From NCBI GenBank assembly GCA_977862235.1, contig OZ374566.1, forward strand, positions 372,001 through 436,000: a stretch of 64,000 nt of DNA, in the 5' to 3' direction. The notes under the pieces are model-generated. The model was given only the letters and a program-made list of their open reading frames with translations. It had not been told where the DNA came from and ran no database searches. The translations under genes and the position numbers were made by a program. Positions 11,265-24,232 of the stretch are shown in pieces. The number at the start of each line of letters is the position of its first letter. The stretch's first letter is position 1. This DNA comes from Dudresnaya verticillata. Lineage: Eukaryota.

Positions 11265-13065
11265 CGCGCGCACCGCGCCGCCGCTGCCCCCGCGCCGCCT
11301 CAAGTCGCTCCCGCTCCCAGCGCTGCTCTCCGCGCTGGCCGAGCTACAAGCGCCGCTGCCGCCCGCGCACGCCGCGCTGCTCGCCGACCGCCTCGCGGCC
11401 GACCCGTCCCTCCTCGCCGCGCTAGTCGCCACGCTCACCACCCCACCCCCACCGCCGCCGCCGCCGCCGCACCCGCCCTCCGCGCCGCGCCACGCCGCGC
11501 CGCGCATGTGGGTCGCCGCCACGCTGCTCGCGCACGGCGCGCCGCAGCTGCGCCTCGCGCTGTCGCAGCGCGCCGACCTGCTCCGCGCGCTGGCCGCCGT
11601 GTTCGCCGCGCCGCCGGGCGCGCTGCGCGCGCCGCACGCAGCCTTCGTCGCGGCCGTGCTGCGCGCGCAGCTGCACGACCACGCGCGCGCGGCCGCGGCC
11701 GCGCTGGCCGCCACCGCGCTGCCGACGCACCTGGTCGCGCACGTGCACCTGCCCGCGGCCGCGCACCTGCTGCCGCGCCTGCTCGCCGCGCGCGTGTTCT
11801 CGCCGCTGCCCGCGCCGCCGCTCGCGCCGGCGCACAAGCGCATGGTGGCCGCGCTGGCCGCGGCGCGCGTGCACCACCAGCTGGCCGACGCGTTCGCCGC
11901 GGCCGCGGCGGACGTGGCGCGCGCCGACGCCCTCCCGCCGCGCCGCGTGCGCCGCGCGCAGGACGCGCTCCGCGCCGCGCCGCACGTCATGGCCGACCTG
12001 TCCGCGCGCGCCGCGGCGCTGCCGCGCAAGCGCGAGCACGCGGACGAGCGGCGCGACCGCCACTACGCCGACGGGCTGGGCGTGGTCACTGCGCACGTGT
12101 GGAACGACGCGCTGGAGCACCTGACGCTGGCGGCGCGCCCGCACGCGCTGGCGCGCGTGCTGCGCGCGGCGCGGCGCGGCGCGCGCGACGACCGCGTGCT
12201 GCTGCCCGCGCTCGGCGCGGCCACGGCCGTCCTGCGCGCGCTGCGCGAGGCGCGCGCCGCAGTCGTGCCGTCCGTGCGCCGCGCGGCCGCCGCGGTCGAC
12301 CCGGCGCCGCTCGGCCGCGTGCTGGCCGAGAGCGCCGCCTGGCTTGCCGGCGTGCTGCGCGGAGAGCTGCGCGGCGACGGGGGACGCGTCGGGCTGCGAC
12401 GGCTCGCCGTGGTGGACCTTGTGCGCGAGATGTGCGAGACTATGCCGCAGCAGGTGGTGTCCGACGTGCTCACGGGCGCGGACGACGCGGTGGTGCGCGC
12501 CGTCGTGGACACTGCGCTGCGCTTTGGCAACAACGACGTGCTGCACGTGCGGGTGTCGCAGCTGCTCTACGCCGTGCTGGAGCGGCACGAAAGTCTGTCA
12601 ATGGACCTGCTGCTGCGGCGCGGCGTGGTGGACTTTCTGTTTCAGCGGCGCGACTCGGCGCTGATGGACCTGGCGCTGTCGGCACTGGGACGGTACGCGC
12701 GGCTGGCGGAGGCGGGTGACGCGACCTCCGAGCAGAGGCAGCGGCTGGGGCTGCTCGTCAAGGTGCACCACGCGCGCGAGAAGGAGAACGAGAGCTACCC
12801 GCTGCCGGATGCACGCGTCTGCGGTGCGAAGAGGAGCCCGGGGCTGATCAAGGACGTGGACGTGGACGTGGACGACGTGGTGGTCGCAAACGAGGACTAC
12901 GGGCAGGAGCTGTACCTGCACGCGCTGCTCGACGAAGTGTCGCGCGGGCACAACCGCACGCCGCCGCCTGATGGGCATGTTGCGCACACGGCGGCGGCTA
13001 TTGCAAAGGGATGGGGGAAAGGTCTCTCCGGGCGGTTGAAGAGCGCGTATCAGCATTACAAGTAG
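11152..13065 (+). CDS. Divergent SAPS / SIT4-PP6 regulatory subunit-like helical protein
   Basis: VGLRRLAVVDLV...VVDTALRFGNNDVLHVRVSQLL resembles the SAPS LG..RL.VV.L...F..NN.LH..V signature. Start uncertain (11152 or an in-frame ATG near 11010). Confidence 0.55.
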
Positions 13066-13395
13066 GGAGTTTTCGCGCGTCGTTTGTAGAGTATTTACAC
13101 TGACTATTGTTGTGTGTGTGGGCTTTGTATGTTACAGGAGGTACCTTTTCTAGTGCGACGCAGCAAATGCAGCAGGAAGACAGAAACATATACAAATATT
13201 ACTAATGGCCTTGGGCTTTTTGTATGTGAAATGCAATGCGCACCGCAACGGAATGGACAGGAAATGCATCTGCAACTTTCTCTGCCATACCACTATGGCA
13301 CTGCAAGCTCGGTGCAACAATATGCAAAGTGCAGGCAAACAGCCCTGCGTTCACGAGCTGTTGCTTCTTCAACGACTACACAAACCCCTCCATTC

Positions 13396-15288
13396 TCATT
13401 TATTCTTTCTCTCGCCCCAGCAGCTAGACTCCGGTCCGTTTTCTTCATACAAATAAGCGTCCACCCCAGACGGGCATGACACTCCAACTTCGCCGCTTTC
13501 CTGTGTCGTATCCCCAGACGGCGAGTAGCCCTGTTCAATCAAGTTCAACGACACCCCGATTAGTGCCAGCGACATTGCTCCAAGCACGAGCGTTAGCACC
13601 GCGCGATCCGCCATGCCCTGCGCAATCTGTCCCATGAAGTATATTCCTTCGGCATAGTCCACTGGGTTCTCTTGAGAGTAAAGCTGTTCGTCAAATGCTT
13701 GTAGCTCCATCTTGGGCTTTTCGGATAGCGTCAACCACTCCACCGGCTTTTCAATCTTCTGCGCTTGCTGTACAACCGGTACTGCCACTGGCACCCTAGC
13801 CGGAGATATGCTTGGTATATCCCAATTAAATATGTATACACCGACGCGTGAGTCTTTCTCGTATCGCTCTGCTAACCAGTCTTTGAACGCCGAAATGTCG
13901 CTGGATGATCTGCGTCCAACCCATTCCTTGACAAGGCGCGAATCGTTCTCCTGACGCTCAGCAATCGCGTCGTACAATCCCCTGTCCTGTTCCGCACGAC
14001 GGTCCAACCACTTCATCACAGTCTTGATGTCCTCGTCGGATTTCCTCTCAATCATGAGCCTCAACATCTTGAGGTTTTCTCCAACAACACTGATTTGCTT
14101 GTCTGATTTCGATGAAGCCTTCCGTTGTGGCGTATTGCGCCAGCTCTGGCGTGGCTTTCGGGAACCCGGCGGCACCATCCAGTCACGACCCTTATCAATG
14201 TGTCCGAGCTCTAATTCCATTGATGCCCACGCACGAAGCATGGGCGTGCTACCCGGCGCCGCGTTGACGCCTTTCTCAAAGAGCTCTCTTGCCCTCTCAT
14301 ACTTGCCCTGGCGGTGCTCCATGACTGCCCAGGCGTGCCAGATCGGAGCGTGCTTCTTGTCTACGTCTATACCTCTTTGGAACAGATCCCGCGCTCTATC
14401 CAAATGACCTCGCCGCGCCTCAAACATTGCAAACGCCTGCAAAGTTGGCGCGCTGCGCTCATTCACCGTTAGAGCGCGACGAAACAGTTCTTCGCTCTGC
14501 TCAAAATCACCCATCCTCTCCTTCGTGATCGCCCATGCCTGGTATGTCCTTACATGCCCCGGGTTAAGCGCCACAGCCTGCTCGAAAAGCTCCGAGGCGA
14601 CCTTGAAGTTTTCGTGCCGCTGTTCCATTACACCCCACGCGGACCACAAGTGGGAATTTTGCGGGTCGGCATCGACGCCTCGCTCAAAAGTTTCCCTCGC
14701 GGCGTCTGTTCTCCCAGAGCGCTCCTGCGACAGCGCATACGACTGCCACACGATACCGTCAGAGGGATCCACCTGCAGACACCTTCTGAAAAGCGCATGC
14801 GCGGCTTTAACCTCCCCCACACGGTCCTCGTGCACACCCCAAGCATGCAGCAGCCTAACATTGGACGGGTCGTGTTCCACGCCGCGACGGAAGACGTCGC
14901 GCGCGGCTTGAGCGCGGCCGGCGCGCGCCTCCATCTGGGCCCAGCCCAGCCAGAGGCGGCCGTCGTCAGGATGCGCGTCTGTGGCGGCGCGAAAGGCGGT
15001 CCGGGCCGCGCGCTTGTCCGAACGAGAGGCCAGCTCCATCGCGCGGTGGTACTCCGACTGCGACGCAGACGCCGTCGCATTGCGCATGCGCTTTGCCCGT
15101 GGCGGCGGCCGCTTCAAGGCCTTTCGTACCGAGCTGTTCGGTTGGTGCGACGGCGACGGCGACGGCGACGGCCGCGCGCGCGCGGGCCGCTTCGCCATCT
15201 GCAGAGACCGGGGAGACGTCGCGGACGCACGCCGAGTTGCACCTGTCAACGGCAGCGCTAGCGGCGGCGCGAAGGCGGGGTCGTTCAT
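13396..15288 (-). CDS. HAT/TPR-repeat protein, Mbb1/HCF107-like plastid RNA factor
   Basis: Several HAT repeats (LWLGWAQMEARAG..AARDVFRRG, WHAWAVMEHRQG..ARELFEKG); AFAPP transit peptide. Confidence 0.75.
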   Translation of the reverse strand: MNDPAFAPPLALPLTGATRRASATSPRSLQMAKRPARARPSPSPSPSHQPNSSVRKALKRPPPRAKRMRNATASASQSEYHRAMELASRSDKRAARTAFRAATDAHPDDGRLWLGWAQMEARAGRAQAARDVFRRGVEHDPSNVRLLHAWGVHEDRVGEVKAAHALFRRCLQVDPSDGIVWQSYALSQERSGRTDAARETFERGVDADPQNSHLWSAWGVMEQRHENFKVASELFEQAVALNPGHVRTYQAWAITKERMGDFEQSEELFRRALTVNERSAPTLQAFAMFEARRGHLDRARDLFQRGIDVDKKHAPIWHAWAVMEHRQGKYERARELFEKGVNAAPGSTPMLRAWASMELELGHIDKGRDWMVPPGSRKPRQSWRNTPQRKASSKSDKQISVVGENLKMLRLMIERKSDEDIKTVMKWLDRRAEQDRGLYDAIAERQENDSRLVKEWVGRRSSSDISAFKDWLAERYEKDSRVGVYIFNWDIPSISPARVPVAVPVVQQAQKIEKPVEWLTLSEKPKMELQAFDEQLYSQENPVDYAEGIYFMGQIAQGMADRAVLTLVLGAMSLALIGVSLNLIEQGYSPSGDTTQESGEVGVSCPSGVDAYLYEENGPESSCWGERKNK

Positions 15289-17932
15289 TGTGTGCGACGG
15301 TGGTTAGGCGGGGTGAACAGACTCGATACGGTAGGTGCTGCCCGGTCAAAGACTGAAGTAGATGGCGAGGCCGGCGGCAGTGACAGTCGCTGAGGGATGT
15401 TCGCAGTGGCTCGAGAGGGCATGAGCGCAAGCCAAGCCGCTATTCACAGACAAGCGAGTTTTGCACGCGCAATCGAGCCGATGCCACGCGCAGGCGCGGC
15501 GCGGTGCAATGGGAAGCGGAAGCGCGGTGCGAGACGGGGTGCGAATGAGCACACGATAGCCGCGTGGTGGAGGCCCGAGCTCGTGCGGATGTCGCACAAG
15601 CCTTGCGGCGGGCGGACAAGGCCGCTCACATACAACATGCGGCGGGCAGATTTTTTAGGTTTTCTGCAACCGGTGCGCAAGCTGTCGACAGCGCACCGTT
15701 TTCCGACTCGCCGCTTGCGGACGCCCAAACGGCGCCGAGTCCAACGCCAACGCGCTCGCTGCGCGCCGTAGCTGGGCGCCAGTCACGCTTGATTTTTCGC
15801 GCAGATGCCGGAATGGATTCGCTGACGCACCAAGGACTGTTCGTCCGTTTGCTGCCACACACATGCATGGACGTCGTCATCCACGAACACATCTCATGAT
15901 CGGAAGAGTCTTCCCGGAAAACGCATTCGGTGAATTGCCATGGCGTCTGCCCGTTGGCGCTTTAGAATTGGTTCATTCTCGATGAGCTCCAACAAAAACC
16001 CAATCTGCGTTACGCAACCTGAGCGTGCCAAGACAGGTTCTCGGTTCGAGGGGATGAGAGAGAGAAGCAGAGCTTTTCAGAAGTGTTTTGAGGCTTTAGG
16101 AAAAAGTTCTGGTGGAACGCCTGGCCGGTGGTCTGTGACTACAAACTAAACTCGAACACAGACGCAGTTGCGTTTAAAAAGTTGTGGCTTATAGAGTAGA
16201 ATGCGCAACAACGTTCACTTTGAGTCATAGGCTTTTGAGGCTTTGGTCTCATGCGCACTACTGAAAACAGTCCAAGATTTCTTCCGATAACCAGTTCAAA
16301 ACCGCCTCTCCTTGCATGTTGAGACGCTACCATACTGTCGAAGAGTACGGTCGATTTCGATACCCATAGTACAATTGCATCCCCTTTTTTTGCCTCTCTG
16401 TGCAACATAAAGAAGACAATAATTTCCTGAGACTTGCTAACATTCTTTGTTAAGTGTCATACTTATGCGTTTACAAAGGAGAAGGAGAGGGAAAGCGCAG
16501 AGGCCAGTATTGAGGCACTGACAACCAATATGTGAGGCAGCCACCTCGCTTTTAATGTTGTCCTGAATATTTCGTGACATGTCTTCCGTAAAAGGTCGGG
16601 CGTTAGACTTTGTTTGATTCATTTACACGAGTAAATCCAAATAATTACTGATACCATAGCACGACGTGTCTACATTGCCTATTGAATGACGACTCTGTCC
16701 ATATCACGACGGAAGGGAGACCATGACGATGTTGTTGTCAGTGCTCTCACGGGTTATTTGTTTCTTTGACTAGAATTGAATGACTCAGCCTGCTTCTCAT
16801 CCACTCCTTCAGGTATATGAAAAACGTCTTCTTTCCCATAAAAAGTATACCATTGGATGAACGCGTAACTTCTGTCGCTGTCTCCAGGGCGAAAGCCCAG
16901 TGTGGATTTTTGTTCTCTCCGTTTGGTACGAACTTCAAGATACCCATTTTACAATGAAATTGGATACTCCAAACGGGAGCCACTTGGTACGACTATAGCA
17001 TACGAGTAGGTAAAGACAGAAAAAAAGAAAAACAATCTGAGTACGTGTCCCAGGGAGAGAACGGGGAACTTTATAAGGGATCACTAGGAGTTTTACCAAG
17101 CTCCCTCTAAACTATGAAAGGAAAATGCAACTCCACTGATTGTGACTACAGCTCGAACACTTTACTTGTCAATATGCATAGGGGCCACAAGGAGCTGCTG
17201 GATGCATCTCTTCTTTTCAGAGTTCATATTTAACAATGTAGGACATTCTACCGTTGCAAAGATCCATTATGTATTCCTTACATCAAAGGCCGCTCCTGAG
17301 AATATCTTAGCCACTAATTGCCGTGACACTACCGTAGCGTGTCTAAAGAAGCATAAGTTTTTGTTTGGCAAAGAAAGCTGCACGATGCTTCAACGAGCTT
17401 GTTCAAGTTGCCACGTTTTAGAGTGAACACTTTCTGAAAAGAATGGTTCGCGAGTCTGCCGCCGTCTACGATTTTTGCACTACATTATCTCCGCGTACAG
17501 TCATGTGCATTGGCCCTCCAATCCTCAGCACTGCATGATCCCCGGCGCATACGGTCTAACACCAGCCCTTCTTTCCCTTAGCTAAAGTACACGATTGGGA
17601 ACGCGTAGAGAGTATCTCATTCTTGTTCAGCTTTGAAGATTCAAACTGTTTCGCTTATCACGAAAGTAGACCTGACTCATGTTACGGCTACACCGACAGG
17701 CACCTGACCAAGGGCTTTACTGTGGTCCATGGGTTACATATTCCGAGCTGCCGTAAAGGGGGTGCAGCTTCTAGAAAGCTAGTAGTTTGTGTGGTCCCGG
17801 AGCTCGGCAAACATCTCTTGCCTTCACTACTAGCAAATGCGTACTCGAAGTACACCATATGATGCCTGCGTGCCATGCTCCTATCGTTTTGCTCCTGCTT
17901 TTCCTCGTAAAGCAATGCCGAGAAGACGGACA

Positions 17933-18745
17933 CTAAAACCATCTAGCATGGTTTGGCTGCGGTGGTCTTCTCGGATCATACTTCATCTGATGTGGGACGA
18001 TCTTCTCCGCTTCTGGGAACTCGTAATTGACCTCCTCAATCCTCATACGTGTAATCGGCTGCCGATGGCCCTGCCGTCTTCGGTATCCTTTTCGCTTCTT
18101 GAACTTGGCCACAATAACCTTTCCGCTAAGTGTTTGCTCCTCGATGGTAGCAGTAACAGTAGCATTGCGGATGAGCGGGCGCCCGAAAATAGTCCAGTCG
18201 TACGCGCCGATAACGAGGACATCGCTAAGTTCTATGCGCTCGTTGACCTCGCCGGGGCGACGCACCGTGTACAGCACGTCACCAGGTATCACCTTGTGTT
18301 GTGACCCGCCTGCTGCTACGACAGCAAAGACGCCACCTCCCGCACCCTCATTTTTCGTGCCTTCCGGCACCCACAGTTCTTCCGGCCCGTGTACACACAC
18401 AAGGGCATCAAGTCCTGATACCTTGTTCCAATCCTTGCTCGAGCCCCGGATCTCGTAAACGCCAAACTTGTCACCAGATACGCCTGGGGGAAGCGGCAGC
18501 CGCTCTATTTCATCTGTTGGTGAGCCGGTCTGGACTGGGCTCTGGATCGGCCCAAGAGTAGTGTGGAGTGCTCCTGCGATCGGTGCTGAACAATGTGCAC
18601 GCAAAACGCTAGTGTGGTGTGAGCACGGCGAAGCCTGGATAATGGATGCTGGGACCGAGTCATACGCACGGTTCCGTAAAAGGCTCTGATGGGCGGGGCG
18701 AGTCAGCAAAGGACGAGCCCTTCGTGCCAGAGATGATCTCAACAT
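17933..18745 (-). CDS. rpl21: Ribosomal protein bL21, probably mitochondrial
   Basis: FAVVAAGGSQHKV, KFKKRKGYRRRQGHRQPITRMRI; MLRSSLARRA presequence. Confidence 0.9.
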   Translation of the reverse strand: MLRSSLARRARPLLTRPAHQSLLRNRAYDSVPASIIQASPCSHHTSVLRAHCSAPIAGALHTTLGPIQSPVQTGSPTDEIERLPLPPGVSGDKFGVYEIRGSSKDWNKVSGLDALVCVHGPEELWVPEGTKNEGAGGGVFAVVAAGGSQHKVIPGDVLYTVRRPGEVNERIELSDVLVIGAYDWTIFGRPLIRNATVTATIEEQTLSGKVIVAKFKKRKGYRRRQGHRQPITRMRIEEVNYEFPEAEKIVPHQMKYDPRRPPQPNHARWF

Positions 18746-19675
18746 TGCAACGCTGGCAGAACTTCACGGCGGCCACATGAAATGCGCAATGTTAGAAGCA
18801 ATAGAGACAGATCTCGCCTTGGAAGATGGAACCTTCTTCCTGCTATCGAAGCGCCGTCGTGCAGAGTTGCGGAGCTCGATTTGGAAGCTAGCGCTTGTGT
18901 TAGACGGCGTTGATCGCGACCCGTTCGCCAAGAAGCTGGCTGCTGTGCACGTCTCGTAGTTCTGGGAGGCAATAGGCATTAATGGCAAACGAAAAAGGTG
19001 TTTACGAAAAAGTCCAAAAAAGGGTCATCAAAAGGCACAGAATTCTGGCATCTTTACGCCGTGGAGGAGGTCCATCTACAGAAGCTCTGCTGCGGCACAG
19101 ATGCTTCATCTCGAGAACCGACGCAGTCGCCAGTCCTCATGCACAAACCGTCGACAAAACTCACATCCCCGTTCCTCACGCACGTCCCAGCTCCAGGCGT
19201 CAGCTCCCCGCTTCGCACCTGCTCCTGGCGTGCGTGCAGATTGACGCCATCGAGGTATATCCTTTGATACATAGTTTCTCACGAGTGCCCATACTGTACA
19301 TCGAACACCATCCCCAGTTCCCAACATCCGCCAGACAACGTTTGCCATCCCGCGAAAGGCAATCCTCTTGTTCAAGAAGGCAGTGACCTTTTCGGCCATT
19401 CGAACCATCGTGAGGGAGACAGAGCGAGAGAGAAACACTGCGGCCCGGTTCCAACGTGCGATCAGAAGAAGAAAAAAAACGCCCAGTGCGCAATCCGTGC
19501 GAATGCGCTGACATCCCCTCCTTCTAGACTAGCAAACCGATCGGGGGAGCAGCACAACAAAACCCTGCCAGTGCTTCCATTGCATACCTGTGAGCATGCG
19601 AAAGCGAGCGCCCTGTTTCCTCAGGGAAACAAAACACACAAAACGAACATAGATTTCTCTTCTTCTCCAATGGAT

Positions 19676-20902
19676 TTACTGCCTGCTCCCTGGTTCTCCA
19701 TACTTTGTGTAAAGTTCGTCGAAGACTTCTTTTGGTAAAATATCACCGGCTAAGGAGCCAGCGCAATGGTACTCATGTTCAGAAAAGTTGAACAGCGGTG
19801 GCAAGGGCTTTCCGCTTGGTAATTTGCAGGCGGGTTGGCGCAGATCGTCAAAGTAAGGATGCGCAAGGCCTTCCATAGGCTTAAGGCGCTTTGTCGGAGA
19901 GTATTGGAGCATTTTGGAAACCAAGTCGATCGATTCGGGGGTTGTCCGATGACGGAACACCTTGGACCAGGATAAGGACTTGATTTGCGGGAACTTGAAC
20001 TCGTTGTAGTTCCTGTTCATGGCCATGATTTCTTCCTTTGTTGGGGTGCCAAGGACCTTGATGATTTCGACAAGCTGGTCAACGCCCGACTCGCCTGGGA
20101 AGAGTGGATGACCCAGCATGAGCTCCGCCATGACGCAGCCGCTGGACCATACGTCGATTGCTGGAAGGTAGTCCGTGGCGCCGAAAATGAGCTCTGGGGC
20201 ACGGTAATAGCGTGAACAGATGTAGCTAATATTAGGCTCTTCGCGGACGAGAACCTTCGCAGAACCAAAATCACACAGCTTGAGGACTTGCGTGCTTGGG
20301 TCGAGCAGGAGGTTTTGGGGTTTGATGTCACGATGGCAGATGCCGAGCGAGTGAATATACGCGAGAGAGCGCAAGAGTTGGTAGACGTAGAGCTTGATGT
20401 AAATAGTTGGGATGGGGGTCTTGACCTTGGAATAGTGCTTCGAGATGCGGTACACAGTCTCCGGGACAAACTCCAAAACGAGGTTGAGGTAGACCTCGTC
20501 CGGCTTGTCGCCCGAAGAGTAGAAGCAATGCTTGAGCTGGCAAACGTTGGTATGTTCGATCATGCGCATAATCTGCAGCTCGCGATTCTTGTAGCGCCGG
20601 TCCTGCAATACCTTCTTAATGGCTACAGTCTCACCAGTCTCACGCACGGTGGCCTGGAAGACGACGCCAAACGAGCCATTGCCAATAACGCGCGCGGCGC
20701 TATAGCTGATGCTTTCCTTGGGCGGGGCGGATGAGCTCCCACACGCGGGTGCAGAGGCGGTGGTGGAGCGTGCGGCGGAGCGAGTCTTCGGCTGCGCAGC
20801 AGTGGCAGGGCCGGGAGCGCGGGCGGGCGGGTCGGACGCGGCGGACGGAGCGGCGGAGGCGGGCGGGTTGGGGAGAAGACGGTCGGGGTCGGACGGTTCC
20901 AT
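19676..20902 (-). CDS. GSK3: GSK3/shaggy-like Ser/Thr kinase
   Basis: [56 protein letters not shown] at 20902. Confidence 0.96.
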   Translation of the reverse strand: MEPSDPDRLLPNPPASAAPSAASDPPARAPGPATAAQPKTRSAARSTTASAPACGSSSAPPKESISYSAARVIGNGSFGVVFQATVRETGETVAIKKVLQDRRYKNRELQIMRMIEHTNVCQLKHCFYSSGDKPDEVYLNLVLEFVPETVYRISKHYSKVKTPIPTIYIKLYVYQLLRSLAYIHSLGICHRDIKPQNLLLDPSTQVLKLCDFGSAKVLVREEPNISYICSRYYRAPELIFGATDYLPAIDVWSSGCVMAELMLGHPLFPGESGVDQLVEIIKVLGTPTKEEIMAMNRNYNEFKFPQIKSLSWSKVFRHRTTPESIDLVSKMLQYSPTKRLKPMEGLAHPYFDDLRQPACKLPSGKPLPPLFNFSEHEYHCAGSLAGDILPKEVFDELYTKYGEPGSRQ

Positions 20903-21556
20903 GGCGTGGGGAGGAAGGGAGGGTGGGGGGGGAGGGGGGAGGGGCAGGCGGGGAAGGGCGAGGCGGGGGTGGAGGGGATCGAGGGCAGGCGAGAGCGGTG
21001 ACTGGGATGAAGACCGGCGGGGGCGCAAGCGGACGAACTTGGTACGGCTGGCGCGGCGCGCCTGGAGGCTTGCGCTTGCGCGTGCGCCTCTGCCGCGCGC
21101 AAATTTCTGCCCCGATCGGGCTAACGGATTCGCCCGCGGGCCGCCCCGCCCGTACCGGGGCCCAGCAGCCCGTTTCTACAGGTCGCGCGCTCTGCACCTG
21201 TCGCATTGCGTCCCAACTGCTTCCTGTGCGTGTTTCTGCTGCGAAGAGCCGTCCTACCGCACCGCCTACCCTTGGTAGGGCTGCCACCGTCGAGGTCAGG
21301 CCCGTCGACGGAAGAGACCCATATCTCACTGACAGCCGCACCCGCTGTTTAGAAACTTTTTGCAAAGTGCGGCTGAAAAATTTAAGCGTGTGTGTTCGTA
21401 TGCTCGTTCGCATCATCTCGCTACATTTGCATTCGAATTAGTTCAATGGGCACTTCAGGTGCTTTTGTACGAGCCTCACACCCATCCGGTGGCATGTCCT
21501 TACGTGGGACGTAGCAACGTCCTTGCGCTTGAAGGAAGAGAGTGTCCACACCAGGA

Positions 21557-21895
21557 ATGGCGCCGACGAGTGCGAAGGGCGCTGCGCCGTCACGCCGGGT
21601 ATGGCCGCTGATTCTGGGGTGCACGGTTTTGCTGAGCGCACTGGCCACGGGGTGGTATGTGCTGTTCATCCATACCCCAACGGTGCAGGGTCAAATGCGG
21701 AACATTGGTTTGTTGGGGGTGGCCAACTTCATGATGGTACTTCTGGAGACGTTTCTCAGCGAGAGAAGCACGCCTGGTAAGCATCGCAGGGAGGTACGCG
21801 CGCCCCGGGAAGACGACGTTGAGCTCGTTGAGCTGCTAGTGCACCACTCTGGCAGCGAGCGTAGCATTGAGTGGGAACAACTCGCCCAGCAGTAG
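21557..21895 (+). CDS. Hypothetical small protein with two hydrophobic segments
   Basis: ATG-initiated ORF with two TM-like stretches (VWPLILGCTVLLSALATGWYVLF; IGLLGVANFMMVLL), in the gap between GSK3 and SDH1. Confidence 0.4.
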   Translation: MAPTSAKGAAPSRRVWPLILGCTVLLSALATGWYVLFIHTPTVQGQMRNIGLLGVANFMMVLLETFLSERSTPGKHRREVRAPREDDVELVELLVHHSGSERSIEWEQLAQQ

Positions 21896-22279
21896 CGCAT
21901 TCCGCACGTCATGGGACACGCGTGTCGATGGCCACAGCCTTCGACTTCCGTGTAATTGCTCTGCTTCTTCGCTCCCTGGTATCTGTATCGCCCCCTGCGG
22001 ACAGGCTTTTGTCTTAACTACCTGAACATTGCAGGCATTACAATGAGTGTGCCATCGCCACTCCATCCCCGCGAGGTCAGGGAATGCACGTCATGTTCAC
22101 ATTTTCGCTCAAAATGGGGCTATTCTCATGTGGACCTCTTCAAAATTTGCCAGTTGACGGGACCGCGGTCTTCAACATTAACCGCGCTCCAAATGCAGGT
22201 ACGTAACAAGACTGTGGCGCGCTTCCACTCTTAACAGGGCCGTTTTTGCCTACGCCACCAAACTAACCTTATCCTTACT

Positions 22280-24178
22280 CTAGTACACGCGCTTGGCAGG
22301 CGGGAATGCCTCCTGCTCTGAGTTATCCAAGCTTTCCATCACGACTGGCCTGTAGTCGATATGAACAAAACCTCGTGACATTTTCTTTTCGTCATGGTTG
22401 CTCACCCAACCAAGTGTGTGTTTCATCCAATTCTCATCATCCCGGTCCGGAAAGTCTTCACGAGCATGGGCCCCACGGCTCTCCTTCCTCGCCTCCGCAC
22501 TATGCATGGTGATGATAGCGTTTTGAAGTAGATTCCTCAGCTCGAGTGTCTCAATCATGTCTGTGTTCCAAATCATGTCTCGGTCTGAGATTTTCACCTT
22601 TCCGAAGCTCTCGTAGCATTCATCCATCAGTTCACAGCCCCCAGCGAGCGTCTCCTGCGTACGGAATACGGCTGCGTTATCCTGCATAATTCGCTGCATG
22701 TTGTCTCGAATCTGCGACGTCCGCAGTTCTCCATCTGCATACCGAACCTTGTCCATGCTCGCGATGGCTTCTTCACCTGCATCGGCAGGCAGTGGGCGCA
22801 GCGGTGTGTCAGGCTTGATAAGCTCCTGGCAACGCTTGGCTGTCGCTCGGCCAAATACCACGATGTCAAGGAGCGAATTCGCTCCCAGTCGGTTCGCCCC
22901 GTGTACGCTTGCACAGGCGGCCTCACCCGCTGCTAGCAGACCTGGAACGATGAAGTTCGAGTTACCGTCCTTCACGGTGACCACCTCCCCTCTCCAGTTT
23001 GTCGGGATCCCACCCATGTTGTAGTGCACAGTTGGGAGCACCGGGATCGGCTCCTTGGTCACGTCCACACCAGCAAAGACCTTGGCGGTCTCACTAATGC
23101 CGGGCAGTCTCTCAGCCAGCACGGACGGCTCAAGATGGTCCAGATGAAGGTAGATGTGGTCTTTCCGTGGACCGACGCCTCTTCCCTCGCGAATCTCCAT
23201 AGTCATCGATCTGGACACGACATCCCTTGACGCAAGGTCCTTCGCAGAAGGTGCATATCGCTCCATGAACCGCTCGCCATTGGAGTTCTTCAAAAACCCG
23301 CCCTCGCCTCGAGAACCCTCCGTAATAAGACATCCTGCGCCGTAGATCCCTGTCGGGTGGAACTGTACAAATTCCTGATCCTGTAGCGGTATACCAGCTC
23401 GCGCGACCATGGCGTTACCGTCACCAGTGCACGTGTGCGCAGAGGTGGCACTGAAGTACGAGCGTCCATACCCTCCAGTGGCAATAATCGTGGCATGCGC
23501 GTTGAATCTGTGAATCGAGCCGTCCTCCAAGCACAGTGCCGTCACGCCACGGCAGCTACCGTCTGTCGGATCCATAATGAGATCCAGGGCGAAGTACTCC
23601 ACAAAGAACTTGGCATCATGCTTGAGTGACTGCCCATACAAAGTGTGCAGCATCGCATGACCCGTTCGATCTGCCGCGGCGGCGCAGCGGTATGCCTGGC
23701 CACCCTTGCCAAAGTCGAGCGACTGACCTCCAAATGCACGCTGGTAGATCCTGCCATCTTCGGTTCGACTGAAGGGCACGCCGTAGTTCTCCAGCTCGAT
23801 AATCGTCGCCGGTGCCTCTCGGCACATGTAGTGAATAGCGTCTTGGTCTCCGAGCCAGTCTGACCCTTTGACAGTATCGTACATATGCCAACGCCAGTCA
23901 TCAGGTGTCATGTTCCCGAGCGCGCCATTGATTCCTCCCTGGGCAGCAACAGTATGCGAGCGTGTAGGGAACAATTTAGTAACACACGCGGTTCGCAGAC
24001 CAGCCTCACAGGCCCCGATAGTCGCGCGCAACCCAGCCCCACCAGCTCCGACCACACAAACGTCTACTTCGTGGTCCACAACATCGTAACCACCGATCTT
24101 GGCAGAGGCGGACAGCGGGCGAGTCCCAGCTTTCGCGCGATGCACTCGCGCGAAACTACGCGCCGCCTGCCGAAGCAT
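22280..24178 (-). CDS. SDH1: Succinate dehydrogenase flavoprotein subunit, mitochondrial
   Basis: [16 protein letters not shown] covalent-FAD motif, [33 protein letters not shown]. Confidence 0.98.
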   Translation of the reverse strand: MLRQAARSFARVHRAKAGTRPLSASAKIGGYDVVDHEVDVCVVGAGGAGLRATIGACEAGLRTACVTKLFPTRSHTVAAQGGINGALGNMTPDDWRWHMYDTVKGSDWLGDQDAIHYMCREAPATIIELENYGVPFSRTEDGRIYQRAFGGQSLDFGKGGQAYRCAAAADRTGHAMLHTLYGQSLKHDAKFFVEYFALDLIMDPTDGSCRGVTALCLEDGSIHRFNAHATIIATGGYGRSYFSATSAHTCTGDGNAMVARAGIPLQDQEFVQFHPTGIYGAGCLITEGSRGEGGFLKNSNGERFMERYAPSAKDLASRDVVSRSMTMEIREGRGVGPRKDHIYLHLDHLEPSVLAERLPGISETAKVFAGVDVTKEPIPVLPTVHYNMGGIPTNWRGEVVTVKDGNSNFIVPGLLAAGEAACASVHGANRLGANSLLDIVVFGRATAKRCQELIKPDTPLRPLPADAGEEAIASMDKVRYADGELRTSQIRDNMQRIMQDNAAVFRTQETLAGGCELMDECYESFGKVKISDRDMIWNTDMIETLELRNLLQNAIITMHSAEARKESRGAHAREDFPDRDDENWMKHTLGWVSNHDEKKMSRGFVHIDYRPVVMESLDNSEQEAFPPAKRVY

Positions 24179-24232
24179 GATGCCTGTGCACAGCTAGCCG
24201 CGCTTGTCCGATGCCTTGCGCTACTCTTGCAC

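Noticed and set aside
10203..12719. Long overlapping or antisense ORFs (254-572 aa)
   Set aside because: Arg/Ala/Gly-rich shadows caused by stop-codon scarcity in extreme GC DNA.
18764..19514. Short ORFs between bL21 and GSK3
   Set aside because: No motifs; more likely the GSK3 3' UTR and bL21 promoter.
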